Origin: Camelus dromedarius
Taxonomy: Eukaryota
Direction: 5' to 3'
NCBI RefSeq assembly: GCF_036321535.1
Contig: NC_087436.1
Coordinates: 88,476,001-88,540,000 of the forward strand
DNA length: 64,000 bases
In this document: positions 51,610 to 64,000 of the stretch, one piece after another
How the letters are laid out: every line of letters begins with the position of its first letter
Numbering within the stretch: the stretch's first letter is position 1
Position numbers and translations under genes: made by a program
The notes under the pieces: model-generated
Databases searched by the model: none
The model's input: the letters and a program-made list of their open reading frames with translations, nothing else
Told to the model about the DNA's origin: nothing

Positions 51610-53350
51610 ATTGAAAAAATACAATTTTCAAGTTTTTAACATCCAAAACAGTGCACAATTCATAAGTTTAGAGCCCAATTAATTTTGCCTGGTTTTGACG
51701 TCTTTATATAAATGGAATCAGACATCGTGCACCCATGCCTGGCTTCTTTCTCTCATCATTCAGAGTGTGAATTCAACCACGGTGTTGGGGTGGCTGTTTC
51801 ATCGGCATTGTGGTTCACTGCTACACTGCATGACCACACCACAGTTGATTTGCCCATCCTTCTTTAGATGGCCGTCTTGGTTGTAAGCAATTTTTTTGGC
51901 TCTTCTAAATAATATTATTATGAACATTCTTGTTTGTGTTTGATAAAGTATAATACACACTTGTGCCCCCACAATGTTGGATATACACTTAAAAGTAGAA
52001 CTACTGGGTCATAGAGTGTGTACATGCTCAGATTTAGTCAGTTTCCTAAAGAGCTTGTATGAAATTACACTTCAGTCAACAGTGCCTAAGAGTTCTAGCT
52101 GCTCTGCCTCTGCCCTCGCCAGTTGTTGTATTCTTGTGGGTTTTGTTTGGTTTGGTTTTGCTTTTGGTTTTCATTTGAGCCAGTCTGGCACATGTGTAGT
52201 GGTATCCCATTTTGGTTTAAATATGCCTTCCCTTGATGGCTAATTATGTTGATCAACTTTTCATACGTTCAGTGGCCATTCAGGTATTCTCTTTTGTGAG
52301 AGAATACTCTATTCAAGTTTTTTCAAAATTATTTTAAAAATTAATTATTTCTGTGGCAGGGAGGTAATTAGGTTTAATTATATATATGTGTGTGTGTGTA
52401 TATATATGTGTGTGTGTATTTTAAATAGAGGTACTGGGGATTGAACCCAGGATCTCGTGCATGCTAAGCACATACTTTACCACTGAGCTATACTCTACCC
52501 TCTTTTCCAAGTTTTTTTTTTTAACTCTTAAAAAATAGGATTATCTGCCTTTTCCTAATTGATTTATTCTTATTTCGACTAGGAACTCTTTGTTGGTTTT
52601 GTGTTGTAAAAAACATCTTCTCCCAGTTTGTGGCTTACTTTTTCATTCCCTTAACGGGGTGTATTTAATAAATAGGATTTTTTGAAGTATAATTTATCAA
52701 TATTTTCCTTTATGGTTATAACTTGTTGAATAAATCTATGCCACCTCAAAGTCACGTATATTTTCTCCTGTGTTACTTTCAAAACACACCTATTAGGCCA
52801 GAAAGAGAAAGAAAAATGCCACATGATATCACTTATCTGTGGAATCTTAAAGAAAAGAACACAAATGAACTACTTACTATTTATAACTTAGATAACTGAT
52901 TTCTTGTATGTGTGTAAGCACATTTGACTGTCCTTTATGATTGGATTATTGCATTATGTTAATTCTTATTTTGTGGTTGGCGTTATTCCTTTGATAACTA
53001 TGTAAGTTTAAAAAGCTAAAGCTCTAAACTGTTCTTGGAAACAATGAACAGTATATATATATGTAAATTAAAAAAAAAAGAAATATCCAGAGCAGATAAA
53101 TCCAAAGAAAGAGAATGCATTTTGGTGATTACTAGGGGCTGGGAGGAGGGTGTCAATAGAGAGAAAGTGCTCAATATGTAAGAGATTTTATTTTGGGTGA
53201 TGGGAATGTTTTGAAACTAGACAGAGGTGGTGTTTGCACAACATTGTGAATGTACTGAATGCCACTGAATTGTTTATTTTTAAATGGTTAATTTCTAGAT
53301 TGTGAACTTCACCTCAGTAAATTATTTAAATAAATAAATAATGAAATTTT
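51610..53350. mobile_element. Fragmented L1 pieces in both orientations
   Basis: Antisense L1M 3' sequence about 51610-52790; sense L1 3' pieces about 52795-52870 and 53085-53350. Confidence 0.6.
52355..52502 (-). mobile_element. tRNA-Ala-derived SINE with internal (TA/TG)n
   Basis: gaggtaattaggttt...gaggtactggggattgaacccaggatctcgtgcatgctaagc...cactgagctata. Confidence 0.85.
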
Positions 53351-54118
53351 TAAAAAAAGGAAGAAAGAAAAGCTGGAAAAAATGACAATAAGCCCTTACA
53401 ACTCTTTTAAATGCATTATTCTAAATGTCCAGCAGATGGTGGTGTTGCTATATAAAAGGAGATACTTAAAAAGTTAAGATTTGATTTTCAAGAGTTTTCC
53501 AGAGGGTGAATTTAAAAACAGTTCTTTCTTTTGCTTTTTTTTCTTCTGATTTATATCTGTTGAATGAGAAATATTCAGTAATGCAAATCTCATTGCAAAC
53601 ATACACTTAAATATGGATTAGAACCTTAATATTGGAAATGTTTATTAGATACATTGATTAGACTTTTTGCAAAGGAGAAAGGGCAGAAAAACCCTTTAGG
53701 GGTGGGAGTGGGCAGAGGAACAATAAAAGAAACTGAGACAGGGGAGCCCAAATGTTCTCTGTGTCACAAGTTTACTCAGCAGGACATAAATGGACTGGGG
53801 ACACACATATTGTAGGTCCCAGGTCTAGTTTTGGTAGGCTTAGTTTAGAAAGGCACAGAACTGTGATTCATCCTGGGCATCTCAGGAAAAAAAGCATGTT
53901 TTGATACCTATAATTTCTCTCCAAGGAACTAAAGTTTGTATTTTTAAACTTGAATTCTGGAATTACACTTTAAAGTCACAATGAGGGTATTTAAAATGGT
54001 GACAGGTCTCTTCCACTCATTTATAAATTTTTTTAAACCTCTTTGTAGGAGAATAGGTCTAGATAACTCCTAAATCTTTTCTAGCTCTAAAAATTTAACA
54101 TGTTTCCCCTGCTTGTAA

Positions 54119-54313
<195 letters not shown>

Positions 54314-54681
54314 TAAGTATATGTGGTACCCAGATAAGTGTTGCACAACGTCCTGGTGTCATGGAAAGAACGCAGATGTTAGAGTCAGTCACATCTGGAT
54401 TTCTGTCATAACTCTGCCCAAGCTAGTTGTGTGACCTGGGCAAATTGTTTGAACTTTGTGTGGCTTGGGTGTTACTTCACTTTTCCAGGCCTCAATTTCC
54501 TCACCTGTAAAATGGGGATAACAACACCTAACTCACTGGATCAATGTGTGAATTGAATAAGATTAATCTATGAAAGTGACAAGCATGTGTGTTCTTTTCA
54601 GCTCAATAATAGGTGCTTAAAAGGCACATTTTTTCCTTTTCTCAGAAGTAAAAATACTGATTTTTGTCTAAACAGTGATAT

Positions 54682-55013
54682 AAAGTAAGCCAGAAAGAGA
54701 AGTAAAAATACCGTATGATATCACTTATATGTGGAATATAAAAAAATGACACACATGAACTTATTTACAAAACAGAAACAGACTCACAGACATAGAAAAC
54801 AAACTTACGGTTGCCAAAGGGGAAGTGGGGAGGGGAGGGAAAAATTGAGAGTTCAGGATATGCAGATACTAACTACTACTATATATAAAATAGATAAATT
54901 ACAAGGTCCTACTGTATAGCACAAGAAACTATATTCAATATCTTGTAGTAGCCAATAATGGAAAAGAATATGAAAAGGAATGTGTGTGTGTATATATATC
55001 TATATCTATATCT

Positions 55014-55044
<31 letters not shown>

Positions 55045-55130
55045 TAACTGAAACTGACTGAAACATGATACTGTACACCGGAAATTAACCCAACATTGTA
55101 AACCAACTATACTTCAATGAAAAAAAATTA
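54682..55130 (+). mobile_element. 5'-truncated L1 with internal (TATATC)n
   Basis: aagtaagccagaaagagaag...aactatacttcaat plus A tail; flanks aa(c/t)agtgata. Confidence 0.82.
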
Positions 55131-55887
55131 AATAGTGATAAAAGGATACAATATTTATTTTCAGAGAATTTAAGAATCCTGAGCTCTGACAGAAGTGGCT
55201 CTTTGCAGATCATTGGATACTGCTCTTCTGTGATTTCCCAGAGTAGTATTTTGCCTCAATTGAACCCTTGGCTGGGGTTTTCATCAGTAACCTTGGGTGG
55301 ACCAGAATAGGTCAATCATTTGGCATAATTCAGATCAATATTCTTTAAGTATTTGTTGAACGTTTACTTAGAGGAGCAGCAATGTGGTCAAGAGGGAAAA
55401 CTCCAGGTGACATTACCTAGATCCTGTTTTATTACCCAAAGCAATTTAGTTGTGTTCCAAACTTGCAGACTCTAGTTGAAAAAAACAAAAACAACCCCCT
55501 CAAAACTAAGGGTGATTAACTTGACCCATTATTTGAAGACAGAGCAGTGATGTCTCTTGGGGCTCCCAACCAATACCCCAAGTGTCCCATCAGAATGTCC
55601 TTTCCATCCACTTACTGTAAAATGAATTCCCAGGGAAGTGATGAGCGCAATTTTCCAGTGACATCAGCTTCCCTAAGACGTTTCTGTGCCCCTTGGTTAC
55701 CCTACTGGCCTTTGCTCCCTGATACTATGTGCATCAGATCATGGTTTTCCTATATCTAAAGGATAGATAAAAATTCCGTTCCTGTGTGTTGGATTAAATA
55801 AGTATAATAAATAGAAGAATGAAGGGGAGACATGTGATTAAGGGAAAGTTGAAGTCATCCTAGAACCCCTATCAAAACGAAAGAATT

Positions 55888-56099
55888 AAAGCTTAAATCC
55901 CTCTTCTGAGATGTTTAAATATATGCATCTCATAAGGGCAATTTAAACTTTGAGGAAAAATGTATCACTTTTACTTCAAATTTCATTATGTTTTATTAGG
56001 AGCCCTTTTAATAAATTACAGTTCTTTTTATTTGAATGTTTGGGTTGTAGCTGTCTGGTTACATGGGTGGCTGACAAATGACTGCTCCCCTAGAGAACC
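55888..56099 (+). repeat. Copy 2 of the ~200 bp direct duplication
   Basis: Aligns to 50930-51134. Confidence 0.9.
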
Positions 56100-57619
56100 T
56101 GCCATAATGACATCTCTGACATCACTATGTGGGGATCCTTGAGGCTCAGGCCTGGGGTCAGGATCTCTGAGGATGATGTTTTGAGGGCAATGGAAGATGC
56201 ATGGAGTGTGAGGAAGAGAAATAGTCCCTGGCAGTTTACGGAGGCAGGAATGAGGCTACAAGGCTTATTTTTAAGTCAGTTCAGATAAAATGTGTCCTTA
56301 GGCTTGAATGTAGCTGATTTTTTTCCCCTGATTTTTTTGAAAGTGAGACAGGAAAAATTCCATTCTAATGTCATTTTGCAAATACAGTCATCTTTAAAAA
56401 ATTAAATAGCTGATACACATTGAGCTCTATCTGCCAAGAATATACAGCTTGGTACATGTTACTTTCATTTTGGTAAGTGTGTAACTTAAATGTCCCCTCC
56501 ACCAGGATATCTCCCCTAACTACTCTGTTTAATTGGCAGCAACCCCTCCACCGCCCTGCAATACTTTCTATTCTACCTATGCTTTTCTATTTCCATCAAA
56601 GCACTCGTCACTATTTCAGAGCTTCATGTGTATTTATTTTATTTCTCCCCCACTAGAACATAAGCTCCACAATGATGGAGCCTTCTTTTTCTCTCTCTAC
56701 AACCTGGTGAGTGCTTAAAGTGATGGCTAGCGTGTAGTTGGTGTTCAGAAAATATTTGTGGACTATTGAATGAGTTAATGAATCCTTACCAGGATTCTGT
56801 GAGGTAGGTTCTATTAAGACTCCAATTTTACAAATGATAAAAAAGAAAGTTTGAAAACTTACATGATTTGCCTACAGTTCCTCAACAAAACATTGGTAGA
56901 GTTTCTAATTGAAATCAAAATGGTTATTGGGCATGAAGAATTGAAATTAAAACAGTGTCTGGGCATGAAGTCCATCATCCTACCTAATATAATAATCAGC
57001 AAATACTTATTGGGCAACTGCTGTATACCTGATCTATAGTCATTGCCATAACTGTTAACCAAAGCTGTTGTCATCCTGTGTAGTTTTCCCAGTGCCCTAG
57101 AGGAGCGACTTCAAACCTCTACTATGTTCCTAACCACTGTATTTTGGAGTGTAAATTGGGGGCCTGCACTCATTTAATGTTCACTGGGAGGAAGGACAGG
57201 TTCTATTAGCCCCATTTTACATATAAAAAAAGTGAGGCTTGGAAGTTTAAAGTAAGTCTCCCCTGGTCAGGCATCAATGGGTGATAAAACAGCAACTTGA
57301 ATTCAGCTCTTTTGATTAGAACATTACATTTTATTTAAGTTGTTATAACCCTGCGTTGCTTTTAAAGGATCCTTCATTTTAGTTGTTTAGGGTTTGTGTC
57401 TCTGGATGTGGCTTATTAGTAGCAGTGCATATAGGTAGATAATGTGAACTAGTTGCACGTATAATAGCAAATATATATAAATAATTTTAATTTCTCTAAA
57501 AAATTTTTCACTTGTATCTCATTTCATTTCACTCCTTATTTCTACATCATGTCTTCATGCTAAAGTATTTTAGATTTTGAAAAAGAAGCTTTAACATTAT
57601 AAATTCATGAGATTGTTTA

Positions 57620-58137
57620 CTATGTCTACAAGTCCATTTCTGTTTTGTAGAGTTCATTTTTGTCTTCTTTCTTTTTTTAGATTCCACATATGAGGATATC
57701 CTATGGTATTTTTTTTCTCCTTCTGTCTTACTTCACTTAGAATGACAATCTCTAGGTCCATCCATGTTGCTGCAAATGACATTATTTTATTCTTTTTATG
57801 GCTGAGTAGTATTCCATTATAGAAATATACCACAACTTCTTTATCCAGTCATCTGTCGATGGACATTTAGGTTGCTTCCATGTCTTGGCTTTTGTAAATA
57901 GTGCTGCTGTGAACATTGGGGTGCATGTATCTTTTCAAATTAGAGTTCCCTCTAGATATATGCCCAGAAGTGGGATTGCTAGATCATATGATAAGTCTAT
58001 TTTTACTTTCTGGAAAAATCTCTGTACTGTTTTCCATAACGGCTGCACCAAACTACATTCCCACCAGCAGTATAGGAGGGTTCCCTTTTCTCCACACCTT
58101 CTCCAGCATTTATTGTTTTTGTGGACTTTTTAATGAT
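57620..58137 (-). mobile_element. L1 3' fragment
   Basis: ccatccatgttgctgcaaatgac...aaatagtgctgctgtgaacattggggtgcatg...ttcccaccagcagtataggagggttccc. Confidence 0.85.
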
Positions 58138-58577
58138 GTAAATGCCTTTATTCTTTAGAATTTAATTTTCTTTTTAAATATGCATCAATCACTCTTTCCT
58201 CCCTCCTGTCTGTCTAGAACTTTTTGCTAGGCAACTGCAATTGGGACGATTGAGACTCAAGGGACAGAAACTGGGCAAAAAGTAGCAGTAATGAGGAAGC
58301 AAAAGGCTTACAAAATAGAAAAGAGCAAAACAGAGTATGGGGCATGCACTGCTCTAATATCTACAATGACTTAGGAAGCGCCGTGTACACTCTTGACCCC
58401 ACCTTCTCAGGGTGTAAAGTGGAAAGGAAACTGTGCTCCTTTCTCTGTGGATGGGCTATTTTTTATCACAGCTCAATGATGAACGTTATGTGGGGATGGA
58501 AAATATCACCAGTTGAGTCCAAACACTTTGAAATGCAAAAACGACTCTGCTCATGGGTCTGTGTTTTTCTTAAACAG

Positions 58578-58794
58578 GAAATTATCTCATTCACGGCTTG
58601 TTCAGCTTTATGGAGTATGTATACAGCGGAAGCCCCTGTATATTGTGACAGAGTTTATGGAAAATGGCTGCCTGCTTGACTATCTCAGAGAGAGAAAAGG
58701 AAAGCTTAGGAAGGAGATGCTGCTGAGTATGTGCCAAGATATCTGTGAAGGGATGGAGTATCTGGAGAGAAACTGCTTTATTCACAGGGATTTA
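58578..58794 (+). CDS. TXK: TXK exon 11: [72 protein letters not shown]
   Basis: aaacag acceptor, TTA|gtaagt donor; 217 nt; HRDL motif; Cys350 and Thr343 gatekeeper by counting from ATG 9905. Confidence 0.98.
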
Positions 58795-58924
58795 GTAAGT
58801 ATGGTGCAAGGTCACTGATTATTTTACGTATTGTACTTATTTTCAGAAGGACATGACAGTTGAAGTCTTCCAAAACTTTAAATAATGCATCCCTTGGCTT
58901 AGTTTTTAAAAAATTTTTTTAAGC

Positions 58925-59055
58925 TTTTTTTGGGGGGTGGAGGAGGAGGTAATTAGGTTTATCTCCTTTTTTTTTTAGTGAAGGTACTGGGAATTGAACC
59001 CAGGATCTCATGCATGCTAAGCACGTGCTCTACCACTGAGCTATATACCCTCCCC
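58925..59055 (-). mobile_element. tRNA-Ala-derived SINE
   Basis: tRNA-like head on the minus strand; flanking duplication cccttggctta. Confidence 0.85.
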
Positions 59056-59778
59056 ACCCCTTGGCTTAATTTTAAAGATTTTCCTATTCATGTAATTTGT
59101 TGGGAAATGTCACTTTATTTTTAATTGCCCATTGATGCTGTAGCCAAGGAAAGTGTTACCCTAAATAAGCCTTGAACTAATTAATCACCGCTAATCTACC
59201 AACTAAAACTAATTTACCTTTCCTTCCTCTCCCTCCCTCTCTTCTTCCTTCTCTTCCTTCTACCTGTCTTTCTTTCAACCAATAATCAAGGATGTCTGAG
59301 TGCCCAGAGTATGCCAGGCACTCTGCGAGGCACTGAAGTACAATGGTGAAGAGCCTTGACAAACATTTTCTACCTGCTCCATGTTTATTCATGATATTCA
59401 TACTGTTCCTTTTGTGTCCTTCCATGTCTCATTTCTAAGTCCCCAAAGTAAACCCAATGAGAATTTGCAAATGTATGAGAAGTCCCTGACACTGTCACCC
59501 AGCGGTGGTCCTGTACTTCCATCAGCCATGACCACGGGACCATATAATCCATCGTTCAGGCTAGGCTATGCTGGGGAGAGAAAGGAGGCATACGTTCACT
59601 GGTCCCAGCACACCACTGCTTGTCCTACGCACGACTTAGAGTTCTCATGGCATTTATTATTTACTACTTCCGGTAATAGTTGTTTACATTGTTTATACAG
59701 ATACTAGGCTCTGTAAACAACTTGACATCAAGGCCTAGACTTCTGCAGTGCAGTGTGATGAGAACACAAGTTGCAGAC

Positions 59779-59959
59779 CAGTGGTTCTCAAACTTAGCTG
59801 TGCGTTAGAATCACCTGGGAGCTTTTTAGAACATCGCAGTACCCAGCCCATAGCCCAGACCAGCGAAATCCCCATCTCTGGGGGTCGAATCTGGCCATCA
59901 GCATTTTTTTTGAAAATGTCCCTGGTGACTCCCCTGTGCAGTCAAGATTGAGAACCCTG
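59779..59959. mobile_element. MER5A DNA transposon
   Basis: cagtggttctcaaacttagctgtgcgttagaatcacctggga ... ttgagaaccctg. Confidence 0.8.
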
Positions 59960-61082
59960 CTCCAGAGCTTGTTAAAATCTCCCCTCTGTTTCTTACCAGC
60001 TGTGTGACCTTGGGCAAGCTGGTTCGCTAGTAAAGTGGTATTAATTTCAGCACTTCCTGCCTATGGGCTTGTTGGGAGGGTTACGTGAATTAATACGTGT
60101 CAGCAGTTAAAGCAGCGCCTGGCACATGGAAAAGCTCAGCCATGCTGACACAGCTCGGCCGTTGTTTGACGCCGCTCGGCTCCTTCCCCAGGGGCCAGCA
60201 CACGGTAGCCACTGAGCGCGCTTTTGGGTGGGTGGCTATGGTGTCAGCTCCATCTCACTCACTTTCCTAAGTCTCTGTAGGTTTGCCCTTCCTGATAAGG
60301 ATTAGAATTCAAAATTTAGTTGGGTGACAGGTCTGGTCATTCTGTTTGCTCTGGGTGGCTTCTGCAGACCTTCCTAGTCTTGGTTTCTTCCTTGATCGCT
60401 TTCTTTTGTGTTCTATTTTCTCCACCTACGTGCCACTTAAAATATATCTGCTTAAGAGGAGTTTTTCCTGTCGAGGGCTTGCCTTGTGGTTTGGCTTTGA
60501 GATCACTGCAGGCATTTGTCAACATCTTCCAAACTGGCTCCTTCTGGCTCTCCACTTCAGGTTTTCTGCTTCTTTTTGGACTGACTGAACTACAGACTAG
60601 CTGAAAAGGAAAAAATTCTGTCAAATCATTAACCTACATGAGGCTAAATAACCAAATCAATGATTTTCTTGACTAGGCTGACTGAAAATGGATTGTTTTT
60701 GTATCAAATTAATTGTCTCTACATTTTATTCAGTTCACACTATATTTAGTTCATCACGGAAATGATAAAGTATCACTGTAAATGGTTATATTTAATGTAA
60801 TGTAAGTTTTAAAATACAGTTTCTTAGTTTTTATTAGCAATTATAAATCCCAAAGATATATACTGACTGTCCCTTATTCCTCATGCATATTGGACTTTCC
60901 TCTTTTTATTTATGAAGATAAATTTAAAAATACACATTTTTTTTTACCAACATTCATAGTTTATCTCTTAGATTGAGTTAATCCTGATATGTACCAAAGA
61001 TACTTCTTGAGAAAGATTACACATTTAAAAAATTTCTGTTCATTTTTTAAATTTCTTTGAAGAATCATTAAAATCCATCACA

Positions 61083-61605
61083 CTGGTACCCCAAAAGAAA
61101 AAAGAAGAAGACCCCAGTTCTTGTCATACCCAAAAGATAGGATTACAAACGGGAGATGGTACGTTGTGTAGTAAAAGATTTTAGAGGATTTATTTAGAAA
61201 AGGGAAAGTGTACACGTCCAAGAATGGGAGGTGGGCTGATCCGAGCGAGGAAAAGGGATGATCCTTGTCCACCCTTTCTCTTACACCCCCACTCAGAGGT
61301 GGTCTTTTGATGGATTGATGGCTCTTGCCCCTGGAGTGCTTACATGTTTGGTCCCTTTGCGCATGGCCTTCCCTGTGGTGTAGACAGAAAAACCCATGGG
61401 GGTGCTAAACCACAGTGCTAATTACATTACCATGAGCACTGGGTCATGTCTGGTTAGGTTCTTTTTGCTACTGTGCAGTTGTGGCTGTCGGGTCCCAACC
61501 GGTTTCTTGCTGGCTCTCACTTAGAGGAAGTGAAGCCCCTTTATGCTGGAGGCAGGGATACTGCCATCTTCCCAGCCATCGTCCCTCTCCTCCGCCTATC
61601 CTGCC
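61083..61605 (-). mobile_element. Solo LTR (ERV1/MER4-group-like), antisense
   Basis: Minus strand begins ggcaggataggcggag and has AATAAA (tttatt near 61188) followed by U5-like sequence; family uncertain. Confidence 0.55.
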
Positions 61606-61816
61606 CGGTCCCCCCACTTACCGAACTCCGTAACAACATGAGGGCAGACGTGGTGAATCATACGTAGACAGGATTGACAGGCATCACCGTAAAAATAACG
61701 TGTCTGCTCACACAGAGAAGTAGTGCTGGGGCCCAAGTCGGGTGAGGAAAAGGAGAAGAGAAATGCTTGGAAAAAACCCTTGTATTCAAACCGGGATTCT
61801 TTTCTTCTGTCTATAG

Positions 61817-61881
61817 GCGGCGAGGAACTGCTTGGTCAGTTCTACAAGCATAGTAAAAATTTCAGACTTTGGAATGACAAG
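61817..61881 (+). CDS. TXK: TXK exon 12: AARNCLVSSTSIVKISDFGMT(R)
   Basis: ctatag acceptor, AG|gtacat donor; 65 nt; DFG motif. Confidence 0.97.
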
Positions 61882-63016
61882 GTACATGCTGCTCTTTTTT
61901 GTCTGTTTACGTATAAAAGGGACTCTTACATTTGTCTGTGGACAAACTGAAGACGTTATTGGCTTTGCTCTGTTTCCTTGGAGGGAAGTGTTGATGTGAT
62001 TGGATGGTCTGCTGACCCACTTTGAACTTTAAGACGTGCACCGGTTTTAGCTGGGTCCTCTAAGCTATTCTGATCTACTTTCAGGTCATTATGAATAAAA
62101 CTATGTCATGTCTTATACGGGATATTTTTCTAGCAGAATGGATGGTGGTGGTGATAGTGAGATATCACTCATATTCATGAGCCATTTTACCAAATATTTT
62201 GTTAATAACACAGTCCTTCTCCTTCTCTAGAAAGTCTAGACTTTTGAAACTCAAAAGCTATAATAAATGTGGCTCTTTTCCTTTTGATTTCTGTTATTCA
62301 TTCTTTCCCCTGGTAGAATGACCTCGGGCTCAATAAAGGGCTTAAAGATGGGGTGAGGTAAGGTACGTGGGGAAAAAAGCAGGTGTGTGGGGAAGCATTA
62401 ATACATATTTCAAAAATACTGTATTGCACATGCAAGGGGCTGCATGGCACAGGTTAGCTATCCTTTCTTTTCAGATTCCCACACTTGGATGTTCTTGCAT
62501 GCAATTCTCAAAAAAGAGAGAGGGTTTATTACCTTTTTTGTCGTTACATTTTAAAGAACTTGATAGCTGTTCCTGATTACTTTCCGTTTAGGGCCATTCA
62601 AATGCACAAGAGATTTTACGCATCAGATATATTATGTTCAAATACTTTTATTTTCCCCTTCTCTGCCCTACCAAAAATATATGTATAAAGAAAGAAAATA
62701 AAGCATTCAATTTTGAATTTATTCTTCCACAAATATTTATCTTTTAAAAAATAACCTTGGTTGTTCTTTGCAGAATTTAGAATTTCTCATAACTGATCAG
62801 TGGGATGTGTTTTAGACTGAAGAATTGCTAAGGTATTTTGAGATCCAAATGAGATAAACACAATTGAGGCTTGGTTTAAGGAGGAAATTCCATAAGGGAT
62901 TCTCTTCCACTTTGATAGCAAAAAGAGAAGATATACAGAACCTTCCTGGGGTAAAACAGTTTGTATTTTAGAAATCAGAGTTAACTAAAAGGATTTGAAG
63001 GAAACAGAGGTAATGA

Positions 63017-63172
<156 letters not shown>

Positions 63173-63228
63173 TGAATTTGATGTTCATTTTTTGGAGCTT
63201 TGTTTAATAATATAGGCCAATCTCTTTT

Positions 63229-63639
63229 TTGTTAAACTTTTTTTTCATTGAGTTATAGTCATTTTACAATGTTGTGTCAAACTCCAGTGTAGAGCACAAT
63301 TTCTCAGTTATATATGAACATAAGTATATTCATTGTCACATTTTTTTCTCTTGAGATGTTTTCTCTTCAGATCTTGTATATATTTCCCGGTGCTATACAG
63401 TATAATCTTGTTTATCTATTCTACATTTTGAAATCCCAGTCTGTCCCTTCCCACCCCCGGCCCCCTTGGCAACCACACGTTTGTATTCTATGTCTATGAA
63501 TCTGTTTCTGGTTTGCATTTATTTATTTTTTTTAAGTTTCCGCATATGAATGATCTCATGTGGTATTTTTCTTTCTCTTTCTGGCTTACTTCACTTAGAA
63601 TGACATTCTCCAGGGACATCCATGTTGCTGCAAGTGGCA
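63229..63639 (-). mobile_element. Young 5'-truncated L1 with 15-bp TSD
   Basis: TSD aggccaatctctttt at 63214-63228 and 63640-63654. Confidence 0.88.
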
Positions 63640-63761
63640 AGGCCAATCTCTTTTAACTTTGATTTCTTAATATAATGTTGCTGAAAGTCTTCCTATGACT
63701 GTGTTTCTGTCTTAGGTATTCTGAACACATCAAGGTGTCTTTGGCAGCTGGTGTCATACTC

Positions 63762-64000
63762 TTTCTTTTTTTTTTTTCGCTTTTCATTTTATTTTTTATT
63801 GAAGTGTAGTTGATTTACAGTGTTAGTTTCAGGTGTACAGCAAAGCAATTCAGTTATATATACACATACATACATACATATATTTTGAGATTCTTTACCA
63901 TTATATGTTATTGCAAGAAAATGAGTATAGTTCCCTGTACTATATAGTAGATCCTTGTTGTGTATCTATTTTATATATAGTGATGTGTATCTGTTAATCC
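63762..64000 (-). mobile_element. L1 3' end, cut by the window edge
   Basis: Same family as 19137-19515. Confidence 0.8.

Noticed and set aside
54909..55106. YRYRYR-repeat ORF
   Set aside because: Translation of (TATATC)n inside an L1 3' UTR.

Overview
Mammalian genomic DNA, probably camelid given the repeated tRNA-Ala-derived (Vic-1-like) SINEs. It holds two tandem, same-strand Tec-family tyrosine kinase genes. TEC: last four coding exons (1408-5718) plus a 3' UTR probably ending near 8.7 kb. TXK/RLK: starts about 1.1 kb further on, with coding exons 1-13 (9905-63167; 1357 nt in one open frame, all GT-AG); the last two exons lie beyond the window. Introns contain L1, L2, MIR, MER DNA transposons, LTRs and a decayed ERV-L provirus. 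Main leads: (i) degenerate segments in TXK intron 1 that resemble, in the right order, the PH/Btk-motif exons TXK lacks (manual alignment only, needs a statistical test); (ii) an in-frame upstream AUG adding 24 aa to TXK, and no internal AUG for the short isoform; (iii) a consensus CTCF site in a CpG-rich patch of intron 1; (iv) a ~200 bp local duplication flanking TXK exon 10; (v) an antisense LTR in the putative TEC 3' UTR. Repeat family names and comparisons with human/mouse sequences come from memory, not database searches.
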